Shown here: positions 14,665 to 26,487 of the stretch, piece by piece
Layout of the letters: every line of letters starts with the position of its first letter
Position numbering within the stretch: position 1 is the stretch's first letter
DNA from: Lama guanicoe
Taxonomy: Eukaryota
Direction of reading: 5' to 3'
NCBI GenBank assembly: GCA_013239625.1
Contig: MU054117.1
Location: forward strand, 620,001 to 684,000
DNA: 64,000 nt
Notes under the pieces: generated by a model
What the model saw: the letters and a program-made list of their open reading frames with translations, nothing else
Databases searched by the model: none
What the model was told of the DNA's origin: nothing
Position numbers and translations under genes: made by a program

Positions 14665-15049
14665 CTGGAAGGGCACAGACACTGTGAGGCCGGGCGGAGC
14701 GGGCTGGCCACACCCCCACCCCGGAGCGCGTCCCCCAGCCACGGCTGCTGCCTGGCTGGGGGCTGTTCCGGGAGCCCCACAGGCGATCTGGGCACCAGGG
14801 CGAAGGCTGAGCCCTGTTGCTGACCCCTCGCCTCACCTGGGTTTCAAGCACCTGAGAAGCAGTGGGATGGGCCCAGGAAAGTGGGTGTGGGGTCACATTC
14901 CTCAATACGTCACTCCCGCCGCACACCTGTCCTCGTGTGGCTGGGCTGGGGGCTTGGGGGACACACACCAGGCTTTCCCTCCCCCTACACAGCTTTAAGC
15001 TGTCCCACCGGGTGTGATAAAGGTGTTAGTAAGGGAAATGTAACAACAG

Positions 15050-15235
15050 CGAGAGCCTGGGCTCAGTCCCGTTTCTGCCACCTCCTCGCTGTGGGAGCTT
15101 GGCCACGTGCCTAACCTCTCTGAGCCCCGGTCGCCTCATCTGGAAACTGGGAAGAAGAGTGATGACCTCAGAGGGTTTGTGGCGATTCGGGGTTTACAGC
15201 TCACTAAACGCTCCGGGCAGTGCCCTGCCTGCTGC
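15050..15235 (+). mobile_element. MIR
   Basis: ctgtgggagcttggccacgtgcctaacctctctgagccccggtcgcctcatctggaaactggg. Confidence 0.75.
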
Positions 15236-16118
15236 TGGTCCCCGGCGTTTTATTCACTCAGCCGCTCAGCCTGGGGGAGGCCTCGCGGGCTCACAGCGGC
15301 TGTGCACCCAGCCCGCACACCACTAGGTGGCGTCACGGGACCGGGCGTGCGCCCTGCCTGGTGGGCGTTCCGGGCCCCTTCTGAGCCCAGAGAATGTCGG
15401 GGGTGGGTGAGTACATGGGGTCTGTACAGTCACCCCCGGCTGTGGGACCCGGGCCCACCCCCATCAGACTCCTCAGATCCCCAGGGACGGGGCAGGTGGG
15501 GAGCGAGCCCGTTACTGGGAAGACCCCTGGCCTGGCCGGGTGGAAGGGGTGCTGCGAAGAGGGCAGAGGCTGGGGGCTGCCCTGGGGGGCTGCCGGGAGC
15601 ACGTGAGCCCTCCCAGCAGAGCCCCTTCCTCTGCCTGCAGCCCGTTTGGATCAGGACCCACCCATCCTCGTCCCTGAGCAGCAGCCTCGGGCCAGGGTCC
15701 GCGCACCACTGCCCTCAGAAAATTCCCATGACCCAGCGGCCTGCCTCTTTTAACTCCCGCTTGCATAACTCTCCCCAGAGACGCCGGGCAGCGTCATTCT
15801 TCTTCTACAGAAGGAAACGACTGCCGGGGGGAGAGAATTAATCCTGCAGTTGGCAGCCCACGCCCACGTAGGGGACTGCCTCTCCCCGAGGCCCGGGGTC
15901 TGACTAAGGCCGTGGGCAGACCCTGCCGCAGTGCTCCTAGGCCGAAGGCAGCGGTCAGACCGCCTCCGCCCACTCTCAGGCCTCTCCCACCACAAGGCCC
16001 CTTGGGGAGGGAAATTCTTGAAGAAAACACACAAGAGAGAGAAGGCAGAACCTTCTCCACCTCCCCTGGGCTCTGGGGGCCTGCAGGGCCCTCTCCCGGG
16101 TGGGGGGGCGGGGGCTAC

Positions 16119-16247
16119 CTGGAAGGACTTGATGAAGGTCCACAGCAGGGTCCGGATGCCCTCCCCGCGGCTCAGCAGTTTGACCAGGCGCATGACCCGG
16201 AAGAGGCGGAAGAAGGTGATGGAGATGCGGGAGTTCTCCTCCGCGTT
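16119..16247 (-). CDS. CACNA1C: CACNA1C exon 34 (129 nt): IVS4
   Basis: [43 protein letters not shown]. Confidence 0.98.
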
Positions 16248-18508
16248 CTGGGGCCGTTGGCAACAGGAGGTGGCAGTTAACACAGCAGAGGGGCCCGCGG
16301 GGAGGGCCTGCCCAGCCACGCGGCCCGGCGGGTCACCGGCACTCCCACTCCCTGGGCCGCCTGCGGCGGTCCAGCCCCAGGCAGAGCCCGGCTGTGCCCA
16401 GGCCCTGAGCCCCATGCCCACCCTCCTAGTCTCACCCCCTGGGTGGAGAAACAGAGGATTCCCTAAGGAACCCCCAGGCTGTGAAATCTAGGCTGAGCGC
16501 CGCCCCGGAGCCCCTGGCCTTCCTCCTGCCCGGCTTGGCCGAGGGTCCTGCATCCTGAGTGGCACTGGCCCCCTGCGAGGGGGCTGGGCCGGCTTGGCCT
16601 CCATCCCTGAGGAGTGGCGGCACCGGGGGTCCTGGGGGGCGGGGTGGGCTGCCCACGGAGGGGTCTCGCCCTGGAGCCACTGGGATTCTGTGTCACCTCC
16701 CCCCACCTCCCCCTCTGCCCCGGAGCCTCAGGCTGCAAGACTGGGAGGGGTGGGGGCACAGGCAGGGTGACAAGTCCGGTCTCGGTGTGACAGGATCGAG
16801 GGGCCTGCTCAGGGCAGGTGGTCCCCCCGGTGGGGCCCTGGAGGGAGGCCAGGGGCGGGCCAAGAGGGGTGCACTCGAGGCCGGGGCCAGCAGAGGGGGC
16901 ACGGGGCCGGGGCTGCCGGGCCTGGGGGAGCCGGGGCTGGCGTGCACCAGGGCAGGGCTCAGGGGCAGGACAGGCGGCCCCACCGCCCTCTGCCTCCAGA
17001 TCTGAGGACAGTCAGCACGGACGGACCCCCGACCCTCCTGCCCACACCGGCCAGAGAGCGGCGGGTGGGGCCCCCGGGGCGGGCCAGCTCCCCAGCGCTG
17101 GCGCAGCACCCCAGCCCCACGGGCCCCGGGAGAGAACGGACCTCTGGGCTTCCTGTTACTGTCCTGCCGCAGCCCCCGCGAGGGAGCGTCTCTGGGTCCT
17201 CAGTTCCCCGCTCCCCTCGCTGGATGTCTAACCAGGTCAGATCCACCCTGACAACACCCACGAAAATCCCACGGCCTTGGTTCCAACCCCGTGTCCAGGG
17301 CTCCAGCAGCCTCTCCACTCTCCTGATCAGAACTGGAAGCCCACAGCCAGCACCTCTGGCTCTGCCCTGGGGGGGCCACAGAAACCAGGCCGAGGGACCG
17401 CGGGGGCTGGGGAGGGAGCCCACAGCGGTCCCCCCGCCCGGCCAACCTGCCTGTGTGTCTGGAAGTCTTTGATGCCCTTCATCTCTGTGCTTCTGTCACC
17501 TGTGTACCTACTTGAAATCCTGTTTTCTCTCCTAGGAGGAGGCTGTGCTCCCCCAGAGGAGGGTGCAGAGTGGGTGGGGGCGCTCGGGCTTTCTAACTAG
17601 GCTGCCAGTCCCACCGAGCTCGGGGAGGGGGAAGGAAGAAGAAACGGCTCACATGGGGAAGCTCAGCTGCGCACCCAGCGCTGGGAAGCTGGTGCCACAG
17701 GGGCACCTGCCTCTGACATAAAAAGCAAAGACTGAGCTTGCAGTCTGAGCTCCGGCCTGGGTTCAGGGCCGTCCCGGCCGCTGCAGCTGCTAAAGCTCCA
17801 GTGATCAGTGACCAGGGTGGGGGCAGCAGAGCCCAGGGTGGGCTTCCTCAGGAAGCGCTGCCCACCGCCCCCCGGACTTCCGGGGCGCAGGGACTTCACC
17901 CCCTCTCTGGTCCTTCTGAAAACCCGCACGTGGCCCACTTCGGAAATGTGTAGAGGCAGCCGTTTCGAGACGGCTGCTCCAAGGAGACCGCAAAGTCACA
18001 GCGGTCGCCGCTCCATCACCTTAGCCACAGCGGGTGAGTCCCGGACTCCGGTGGCGGGCGTGGCCACCGGCCACACAACCTGCTGCAGGGAAGCGGTTGT
18101 GGCCTACTTTTAAAGCACCTCACAGGTAGCCCTGCCAAGTGATGGGAAAGCCAACACTCAGTAGGGAACCCAGCCGAACCTCCTACTGGGGCCGTGAACT
18201 CGAGCTCACAGCCAGCAGCCACAGGCGCCGGGCGATGGGGGGCACTGCCCGCCCAGCCCCTCTTTCCCCGAGGCCTCACCAAGGCGCCTGCGGTGCCCTG
18301 TGCAAACCCCACTCAGATTAAGGCTGGAGACGTCACCCTCAGGACGTTTAACAGGAAGGGGCCCTCGGTCCGGTTCTCTCCCGCGGCTCACCAGACAGTC
18401 AAGGTCACAGTGAATCGCCCCCCACAGGAAAGCTCAGGGATGGAAGAGTCACACCAGCACCGACAGCTCACAGACCAGGCAGGCAAGGCACAGGCGGACC
18501 CGGGGCGG

Positions 18509-18514
18509 CATGCA
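18509..18514 (-). promoter_or_regulatory. RBFOX element UGCAUG, 83 nt downstream of exon 33
   Basis: catgca on the plus strand; position fits known RBFOX enhancement of Cav1.2 exon 33. Confidence 0.65.
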
Positions 18515-18596
18515 CGGGGAGCTGGGCTGGGTCGGGTGCGAGTGGGGTGTCAGAGGCGGTCACAAGCCGAGAGCGTGGTTTGGAGCCCGGTCTTAC

Positions 18597-18629
18597 CATA
18601 AAGGGAGAGCATTGGGTATGTTCAGCTGG
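18597..18629 (-). CDS. CACNA1C: CACNA1C cassette exon 33 (33 nt): IVS3-S4 linker
   Basis: PAEHTQCSPFM; TTTCTTTAAAG| acceptor, |GTAAGA donor. Confidence 0.96.
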
Positions 18630-21600
18630 CTTTAAAGAAAGGCAGACAGAGATAAGCTGTAATGAGTCTCCGACGAAGACGCCCGGCCCCCGAGGTCTGG
18701 GAAACACAGGAGCAACACGGTGGCGGGAGAGGCGGAGCAGGCGGCAGGGGCTGCGCACGGCGGGCCTCCCACCCGCAGGGCTTCGGGGCCTTCCCCTACC
18801 GGGACCACCTCTGGCCGCGGACTAACTACCCCACAGCCATGACAAATGAGGGCTTCTGCACTTCGAGGACGGAGGTTTTGTTGGCTTTTCACCAGCCGCG
18901 TGTCCTGAGATAGCCCCTGGGGGCCGGCACGGCCTGCACTGACTGGCCCAGCCTTGCCGGCTCAGGGAGAGGGGCCCGGCCTCCGCCCAGGGCTGGTCTT
19001 TTTGGCAGTGGCCCCTCTGACACGTTCAGGGGAAGACAGTGGTTTAGTTACCACCGAGGACGAGCCACAGAGGTGGTCCTCAGGCCACCTGAGGGAGCAT
19101 CCAGTCCCCACGCTGAGGCCCGGGGGAGCCGGGCCTGCTGGGTTCCCAGCCCCGGAGGGTAGAGCTCCAGCCACAGCACGAGACAGCAAGTGTGGACTGT
19201 TTTTGAAATTTGAAAGCCCTGCACACAATTTAGGATGTTATGATTAACACCCGGAGAAGCTGTTCTCACGGGCCTGAGTGCTGGGCGGCTTGGGGGCAGG
19301 CGTCGAGGAGCCGGGCGCAGGGGGACGCCCCGCAGCCCCGAGCATGTGCCCGGGAAGCGGCCCTGCCCGCTGGCCCCGCTCAGAGCTCAGCCCCGGATGG
19401 CCCCGGCCCCGAGCGCTAACTCGTTCTAGGTCAGGACTTCACTCTCCCCTCCACTCTCAGGGGGTTGCTCTTGTGTTTCTGTGTTCAAGGAACAAACAAG
19501 GAGAGCAGGTCGTGGGGGTTTTGAAGGACGGAAATGCGCACAGTAGACATTTGCCGGCAGACCGAAAATACGCCTTGGTAACAGATTTCTCAGCAACTCC
19601 CTCTGTTCTCCCGCAGCAGGTTGCAGGTGTCCTCTCTTGGGAATGGTGGAGATGCAGGGGAGGCGAGGGGAGGGCCGGGACACCTCTCTGGCCACTTACG
19701 GAATACGTTCTAGATCTGTCTCTGCCTCCCGGGGGTCACTAGCTGCCAGGCGGACCCTCGTGCCTGGAGGGTGTGGGGTCTCTGGGGTTTGGCTAGCAGG
19801 CTGAGATAGAACACGGAGACACACACACGCACACATGCACACAGAGGAAGTTCCAGGCTGGGTGAGTGCTTGTGCCCTGCGCAGACACGTGAGGAGCTCC
19901 AGGTTTCTGGGGCGTCAGCCGGGAGGGGCCTGAGGGTGGCCAGAGGTGCGTCTACACCAGCTTCGGTGCTGGGGTGCAGGGCAGCGGGCCCCAAGGGCTT
20001 GGTCCCTCACCCCTCTTAGATCCACCCTGGAAACCATCAACGCTGCCATTACTGCCATGAGCCCTGGGCACATGCTCCAAGGTCTTCTGGATCAACCCCA
20101 TCCTGAATGAGACCAGGATAGAGGTGATTAGAGGACCCACCTGGGTCACCTGGCCCAGCTAAATATACCCCCGGCCATTAAACAACGAAAACTGCTTATT
20201 TTATTTTACTTCTTAAACACTCAGAAGCCTTCCTTTGGGATTTTTAAATGTCTCAATTGGACAGGGAGCCAGGAGGCGCCCTGCGGGCCGTGGCGGGAGG
20301 GAGGATGGGGGCCTCTGGGGTTCCTGCGCGGTGTCCCCCAGCCCAGGGCTCAGTGGCTCTCCAGAGAGCCTCACTCTGGGAGAATCTGGACACTCCTGGG
20401 TCGGTTTTTTCCTTGGGCCTTGAGCCCCCTGTTCAGAGGTGCCCGTGCAGGGCTGCCCATCAGCCTCTTGCTGTTCTTACGTGAGGAGCTACACTTGGAA
20501 GATCCATGGTCCCCGAAGTAACTCAGCACCAGAAAAAGCCAGACAGCAACCTGGCGTGATTTCTAAGGGGGCCAACGTGAAGAGGCCCGCCCCACAGCCC
20601 TGCCCTCGGAGAACCCCGTCTGCTGACACCCCCAGGTACCCTGGGTGGCCGTCCATCGTTGGCGTCCTTGCCTGCTGCTTGGCGTCCCCTGAGCTAGGAG
20701 GGAGACAGGGCAGCTGCACCTTTGGCCCAGAGACGGTTCTGGGACCCCCAGAACCGGGGTTTGAGGAACCCCTGAGCATTAGTCAGTTCTACCTCCGGAG
20801 CCAAATCCAGGCTCAGTCGGGAGCCTGGGGAATTCATGTGCCGTCCACCACCGACCCTTTCTCGGACCTGCTTCCAGGGCCCCCAAGCAGCTTACGGTTT
20901 CTCACCTGCCGTCTTCCTGGGGAGGAAGGGGCGTAAGGACCCTTGTGCATGCGGGCACCCTCCCGCAACCCCCGCAGCGAGCGAGCGACGTTGCCGTGCC
21001 CCCATCGTGGCGCTTGGTGGAGGTAGATCCAGCGCCGTGTCCGACATGGTGAGCGTGGAGCCCATTCTGTGCTGCCAGCCCTTTCAGCCTTGTTTTCTAA
21101 GGACCTGGTCACTTTGAGGGGGTTGAGGATGTGGGGACAGCTAATTTGTCCATGCAGTTGGTAGAAACGGAACGAGGCTGCTCTGCCTCTGAGAGGCAGC
21201 GGGGAGCGTTTTCAGAGTCCACGCTGGTGGCTCCGGCTGACGGGCCACGGGCAGCTGCGGGGACAGCCCTCCTCCCGCACAGGGCACACGGCCGCAGCAC
21301 ACCCTGCGGTACAACCGGCGAAGGCCAGCGTGGCTCTGGGCGGCCAGCGGACATTGTCCGCAGAACTGCCCCCCTGAACCCAGCTCAGGGCCTGAGGAGA
21401 AGCCTCCCCTCGGTGGACAGAGGCTTTGCTTCCAGAACTTACTCACGGCTCCTCTTCACTGGGGTCCCCTCCCCAGACCTCGTGGAGGAGGGGACACCGG
21501 CAGCCGGGGAGAGGGTCCTCCACGATGGAGGGGTCTTCCCAGGAGGACGGATGTGAGAACCGGTGGGATTTCCCAGTGGTTAACACGACAGGGTCTCTCT

Positions 21601-21654
21601 GGAGAACTGAAGTTGTTGGAAAGCAGCTCTTCACCACGTGAAGAAGGGCCTACG

Positions 21655-21720
21655 TCCTCCTTCGCTTCCCCCTCTTCCTCCTCCTCCTCTTCTTCCCCCT
21701 CCTTCTCCTCGTCCTTCTTG
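21655..21720. repeat. (TCC)n-like low-complexity tract
   Basis: tcctccttcgcttccccctcttcctcctcctcctcttcttcc. Confidence 0.7.
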
Positions 21721-24700
21721 TGTAGCCAGGAGGCTAGGACCACTGGGGATGGAGGGCCAGGTAGCCCTCGAGAGGTGGACGTCGAGGCTGGAATACCCCA
21801 GCGAGTTGTCTTCCAGGACCTTCTCCTATGGTCAGGAGGTCAGAGAGAACTCTGGAGCAATGTAAGCCACTGCTGTGCCTCCTAGACGCGCTGGCTTTGA
21901 GGAGCAGACGTCCCCAACTCCCTCCAGGGAAGGCCGAGTGGTGCACAGCTCCACAGACTAGGGCGCCCGGCCCCACGGCTGCCCTGAGACAGCGGCGGCG
22001 ACATCAGGACACTGAAACTCCGTCTCCCTCTGAACCACGAGTCAAGATCAACGTCACGGGAGTGAGTCTTGGCTGTTCTCCTACAGAAACTTTCTTTTAA
22101 AAAAAAAAATCTTGTCCAGAACTTAGGGAGTGGATCTGATATAAACTCCATTTCAAATCACCTGAAGATCTGGGTCCAGCCGACGCCCCCCCGACCCCCC
22201 CCCCCGCCAAGCTCTGCTTCTCTGCTTTGACTGTCTCTAAGCTCATCTCAATTTGATCTGCAAGACGGGATGGCGAATCCAGCGGTGAGCACGTCCTGGT
22301 ACCGTGGGAGGTGGAGCGTTGGGGCTGCCCTGGGGAGACCCTGGCGGACCTGGGGTGGAGGGTAAGCACTGGTAGGTGCCCGCGGAGAGCTGGGAATGGC
22401 CGAGTCGGCAGCGTCCAGAGACGCCTGGCAGCACGGCCGGCAGCCAGCATGTGCACTTTTCCTATAAGCTTTCCTTCCCAGCAGGAGAAACGGGCGCCCT
22501 GGGGACAGGAGTGCCGTCCTGTTGCTGCGCAGGGGCTGGGAGATGCCGCATCTCAGCGCCCCAGGGATGGCTGCGGGAAAGGGACTTTAAGGAGACCAAA
22601 GTAAAATCTGCTTTAAATGGCACGGTTTTTTAAGGTTGCAGGAAGTGCTTCCTCGCCCAAGAGACGCAAGGTTTAAATAAGTACACATCAACTGGGGTAC
22701 ATTCGAGCAGAGGGCGGGGCCCCTGGCCTTCAGATTTAAGGGCAAATGAGGGGATGTGGGTGGTCAAGTGCAAAATTCTTCATTAACCATGTTGGCCTGG
22801 TATGAACGGGGAGGGGGACCTGAGTCTGTGCAGGAGGAGGGCTGGACGAGGAAGGTAGGGGTGAGGAGGAGGGAGGGGGAGAGCTGGATGAGGAAGGGGG
22901 GTTGAGGAGAGGGGAGACGGGGCAGAAAAGGGCAGAGGGCCAGGCGAGGTCACCCCAAAGGTGCGAAGCTGGAAGGTGGGAGTGCAGTCCCTCCCCAGGC
23001 CCCCGTGTTGGAAGCCCTGAGCATGCACCTGTGCTTCCAAAGCAAAACTCAAGCCAGAAGCGGAAGGAGGCTCTAGCCAGAAAGGAGAACCTTTGTGGTC
23101 ATGGCACCCCGGTGAAACGTCCCTTCAGAAGGTCCCTAGAAGTGGTCGGGAGGGCAGGTGCCGAGCAGGGGGGCTCTCTCCGTGCCTGTGGCTGAGCTCA
23201 GACGTGGGCGGCCCGGCTTCCGTCTCAGGAGTCACTACGTGATTCCCCTGTAGCCCGGTGGCCCCCGGGTGCTGTGACCTGCCAGAATCTCGCGCCCAAC
23301 GGGACGGATGGCCAGGATGGATAACAAAATCGCCAGGGTGGCTCCTTGGGACAATCTTACTTGGGAAGGACGGTCCATTCAAACAAACAAACAAAAGAAA
23401 CTCATGAAGAATAAATGAATGGAATCAGCTTGTCAGGCGTGCTAACAGCATCAGAGAACCACTCCACATGGTGGGGGGGAGACGGGGGGCACAAGTGAGC
23501 CTGAAGGACGGAGAAAAGGAGACAGCAAGACAGAGACTCAAGGAAACGGACAAACAAATCAGACGGCTCTCGGGGAAGAGTGGACGCTTTCTGGGGCCTC
23601 GCTGGCGGGTCTGAGCCCGCTGAGACCAGCGCTCCCACCTCCCCCACGAGCTCAGGGAACGCCCGAGGTCCCTCGGCTCAGATGCCCTCTGCAAACCTCC
23701 CCGGCATCTTGCTCAGCCGGGAACAAGGGAGGGCCCAGCTGCCCAAACAGGGCTCCCCCGACCTCAGACGTCCCCCCCGGACCATCAGGTAGACACGCCC
23801 ACCTGCGCCCAGACCTCCTCACACAAACGTGCCCCACCTGCAGCTGACATGAACTCCGTCCTCCTGCCTCTCGGCCGAACCCCACGGCACCCCGCGCACA
23901 CTTCTCACGAGCCCACGTCCAGTCTGTCGGGAGGCGCTGTCAGGCCTCCTGTCACTGCAGGCTGGGAACCTGACCGTTTCCACCACTTCTGCAGCAGCGC
24001 CCGCCCTCCCACCCGGAGGACCGTGTTCGCTGCTTCCGCCCTTGACTCAAGTGGACGGCAAAGTGGTCCCCTGGTCATGGGGCACCTCTTCTGAAAAGGC
24101 CGGTGTCTCCCCTTCCTGCTCAGGTTAAGGCCCAAGTCGGGTGCCCTCCCTGGTCCCCCATCTCCCCTCTGCCCTGCTCGTCCCCCCGAAGCTCCTCCCG
24201 GGGTGTCTTCCAGGGCAACGCCTCCCTTCCTCCACGCCTCTGCTTTGTTCAAAGTCACCTTCACAGATGCTCAGCACCCACCAGCTCTGCTCCCAGCTGC
24301 TCCGACTCCCCCTACTCGACTGCATTTCCCCGAAGCGCTCAGCGGCTCTTCCCTGGCGGCAGGACCTCCCTGTTGTCTGTGCTCCTGTCGGGCCGTCCCC
24401 CTGCCCGAGTTTGCCGGCTGGCGCTCCAGGACGGGCTTGTCCCCTCCATGATGGGTCCCAGTGCCCAGCTCACAGAGCGGGGGTCTGACTGTGCTGGAGG
24501 AACACATTATGTTCCGGGGACCCCTGGGGAGACCGCTTCCTGGGGGCACCAGAGCCTGGCAAAGGCAGGAGCAAGGGAGGCGTTTCAGGGGAAGGTGTTT
24601 GAAGGTGGCGAACGTTTGCAGGGCAGGCGCATTCGGCAGGTGTGACAGCATCAGAGGTGAGGAGTTCCAGGGGAAGAGGCCTCGCGGCTCCCTCTGAGGC

Positions 24701-26432
24701 CAGGACGGCGCGGCTGCCTGCGAGAGGAGGCCCTGCGATGACAGTAGGACTGGAGAGCCCGGGGAGGCCTGGGAGCGCCCTGGGCCTGACCGCGTCCTCG
24801 CGCCAGGGAGCATCCAGACCCCCGCGCCGCGGGCGGCCTGAAGGCAGAGCCGCTCAGCGGAGGGTCCTGCCTCAGCTGAAGCACCGCTGCTCACACAACT
24901 TGTCCGCACGATCTGGCTGCCCTCGGGCGTAGGGCCACGTCCACCCTTGTGGGCAGGCCCGTAGAGCCTGAGTTCCGGGCAGTGGTCAGCAGGCTTACTT
25001 CAGTCTGGTTGGATCCGTCAGCTAAGAGTCCGGGTGCACCCCGGACGAGGGCTGGGCCGTCTGCGGGCGTCAGCGGCAAGGCCGTGCGACTGGCTGGAGA
25101 CCAGCTGCTCCACTGTCGCCAGCAGGGGTTTGGAAGGAACGCCCTTTGCTCGGGTGCTTTACAGCTGGCGTGGTGTTTGTGCACGGAGGCCCCCAGCGCG
25201 GTCGCCCACCACGCTCCCTGGACCGAGGAGGGCAGCAGGCCTCGAGCACGTCCACAGGCCTGTCCGCCTGTCCTCCTCTCCTGCCTTGGGTGACGACATG
25301 TGTGTCCCCTCCGTCCAGAAGCCGTTGCCTGTGTGGGCGGAAGGGAGGGCCAGCGGAGCTGGGAGGTGGTCTCCGGGCACGTCCTCTGCGCTCCGTCACA
25401 CTCGCCGTCCCCGTGTTCTCACACACAGCCCGTCAGCGCGACTCTGCTCCATCTCCTTAGTCTGGACACTGGAGACCATCTGGCGTAGGCGAGGGAGGGC
25501 GGAGGAGTTGGAGGGGCTTCAAACCGTCAGGGGGCTGGTGACTTTTTGTTTGGAAAATTAAGAAGCCTCCTGTGGTTATTTAAAATACAAACTGCCGAAC
25601 GCGAGGGCTGAACAAATCCTGGCCGGTGGGAGCCACGGGAGGGGGACACGGGACACGTGTCAGTCAGACGGCGTCGGGGACAGAAGAGGCTGGACTGCGG
25701 CCCAGGGCGGGGGCTGCACCACACCAGGGGGCCAGGGGTCCAGCTGGGAGGCGGGGAGAGGCACTGCCACCCCAGCCTCACCTGCGGCGTCGGCAAACGG
25801 GGTGAGAATTCTGGTCTGTGCAACTCACAGGGTAATTAGGGGCCACGTGAGCCAGATTCAGCCCAGGCGAGCTGAACAGAAGCCGCTGTACAAACGGGGT
25901 CTGCGAGGCGAGTCCCCGGGCTTCTCTTGTCCTGCACCCCCACCACCAACAGCCACGTTCTGGGGTAGAAACTTCAAATCCTCTAGAAACTGTTTCCTTG
26001 TCTTGGTTCTTCTTTAAAGACAGTTTGCAAGTAAACAGCAGGTTGAGTGATGGCACGGGCCTGGCCGACAGTGAGAGCCCCGAAGGCCCCCCGACTGAGA
26101 GGTCCCCCGCCCCGGGGAGCAGCCGCTGTCACCCTCCTCCACCTCCCTGCCGTCATCTCTCTGGCGTTGATGCTCTTGGGGACCCTCGCTGCGCTCCCCC
26201 TGGACGTGGGGCTCACCCCTGCCCAGCCCTGCCTCTCTCGCGGGTGCTCCTCAGGCCGGAAGGATACGTGCGTGTAGCTCAGGGGCCTGACGGTGCCTGG
26301 GAAACAGCCTGGGGCTCGTGCAGCCACACGGCGCGGGGCGGAGTAGGGTGAGGGCGGGGAGGCACGGAGCACGAGGCCGAAGCTTGTTTTTTTTTGTGCT
26401 CTGATGATTTACTGAGAGGTCAAGGGAGAGTG

Positions 26433-26435
<3 letters not shown>

Positions 26436-26474
<39 letters not shown>

Positions 26475-26487
26475 AACACACACACAC
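26436..26487. repeat. (CA)n microsatellite, read as (UG)n in the pre-mRNA
   Basis: About 17 perfect AC units at 26436-26470 plus an interrupted extension. Confidence 0.95.

Noticed and set aside
21456-21743. ORF with an acidic run (KKDEEKEGEEEEEEEEGE) resembling a pseudogene fragment
   Set aside because: Explained by a (GAG)n-like simple repeat; no poly-A, TSD or recognisable flanking homology
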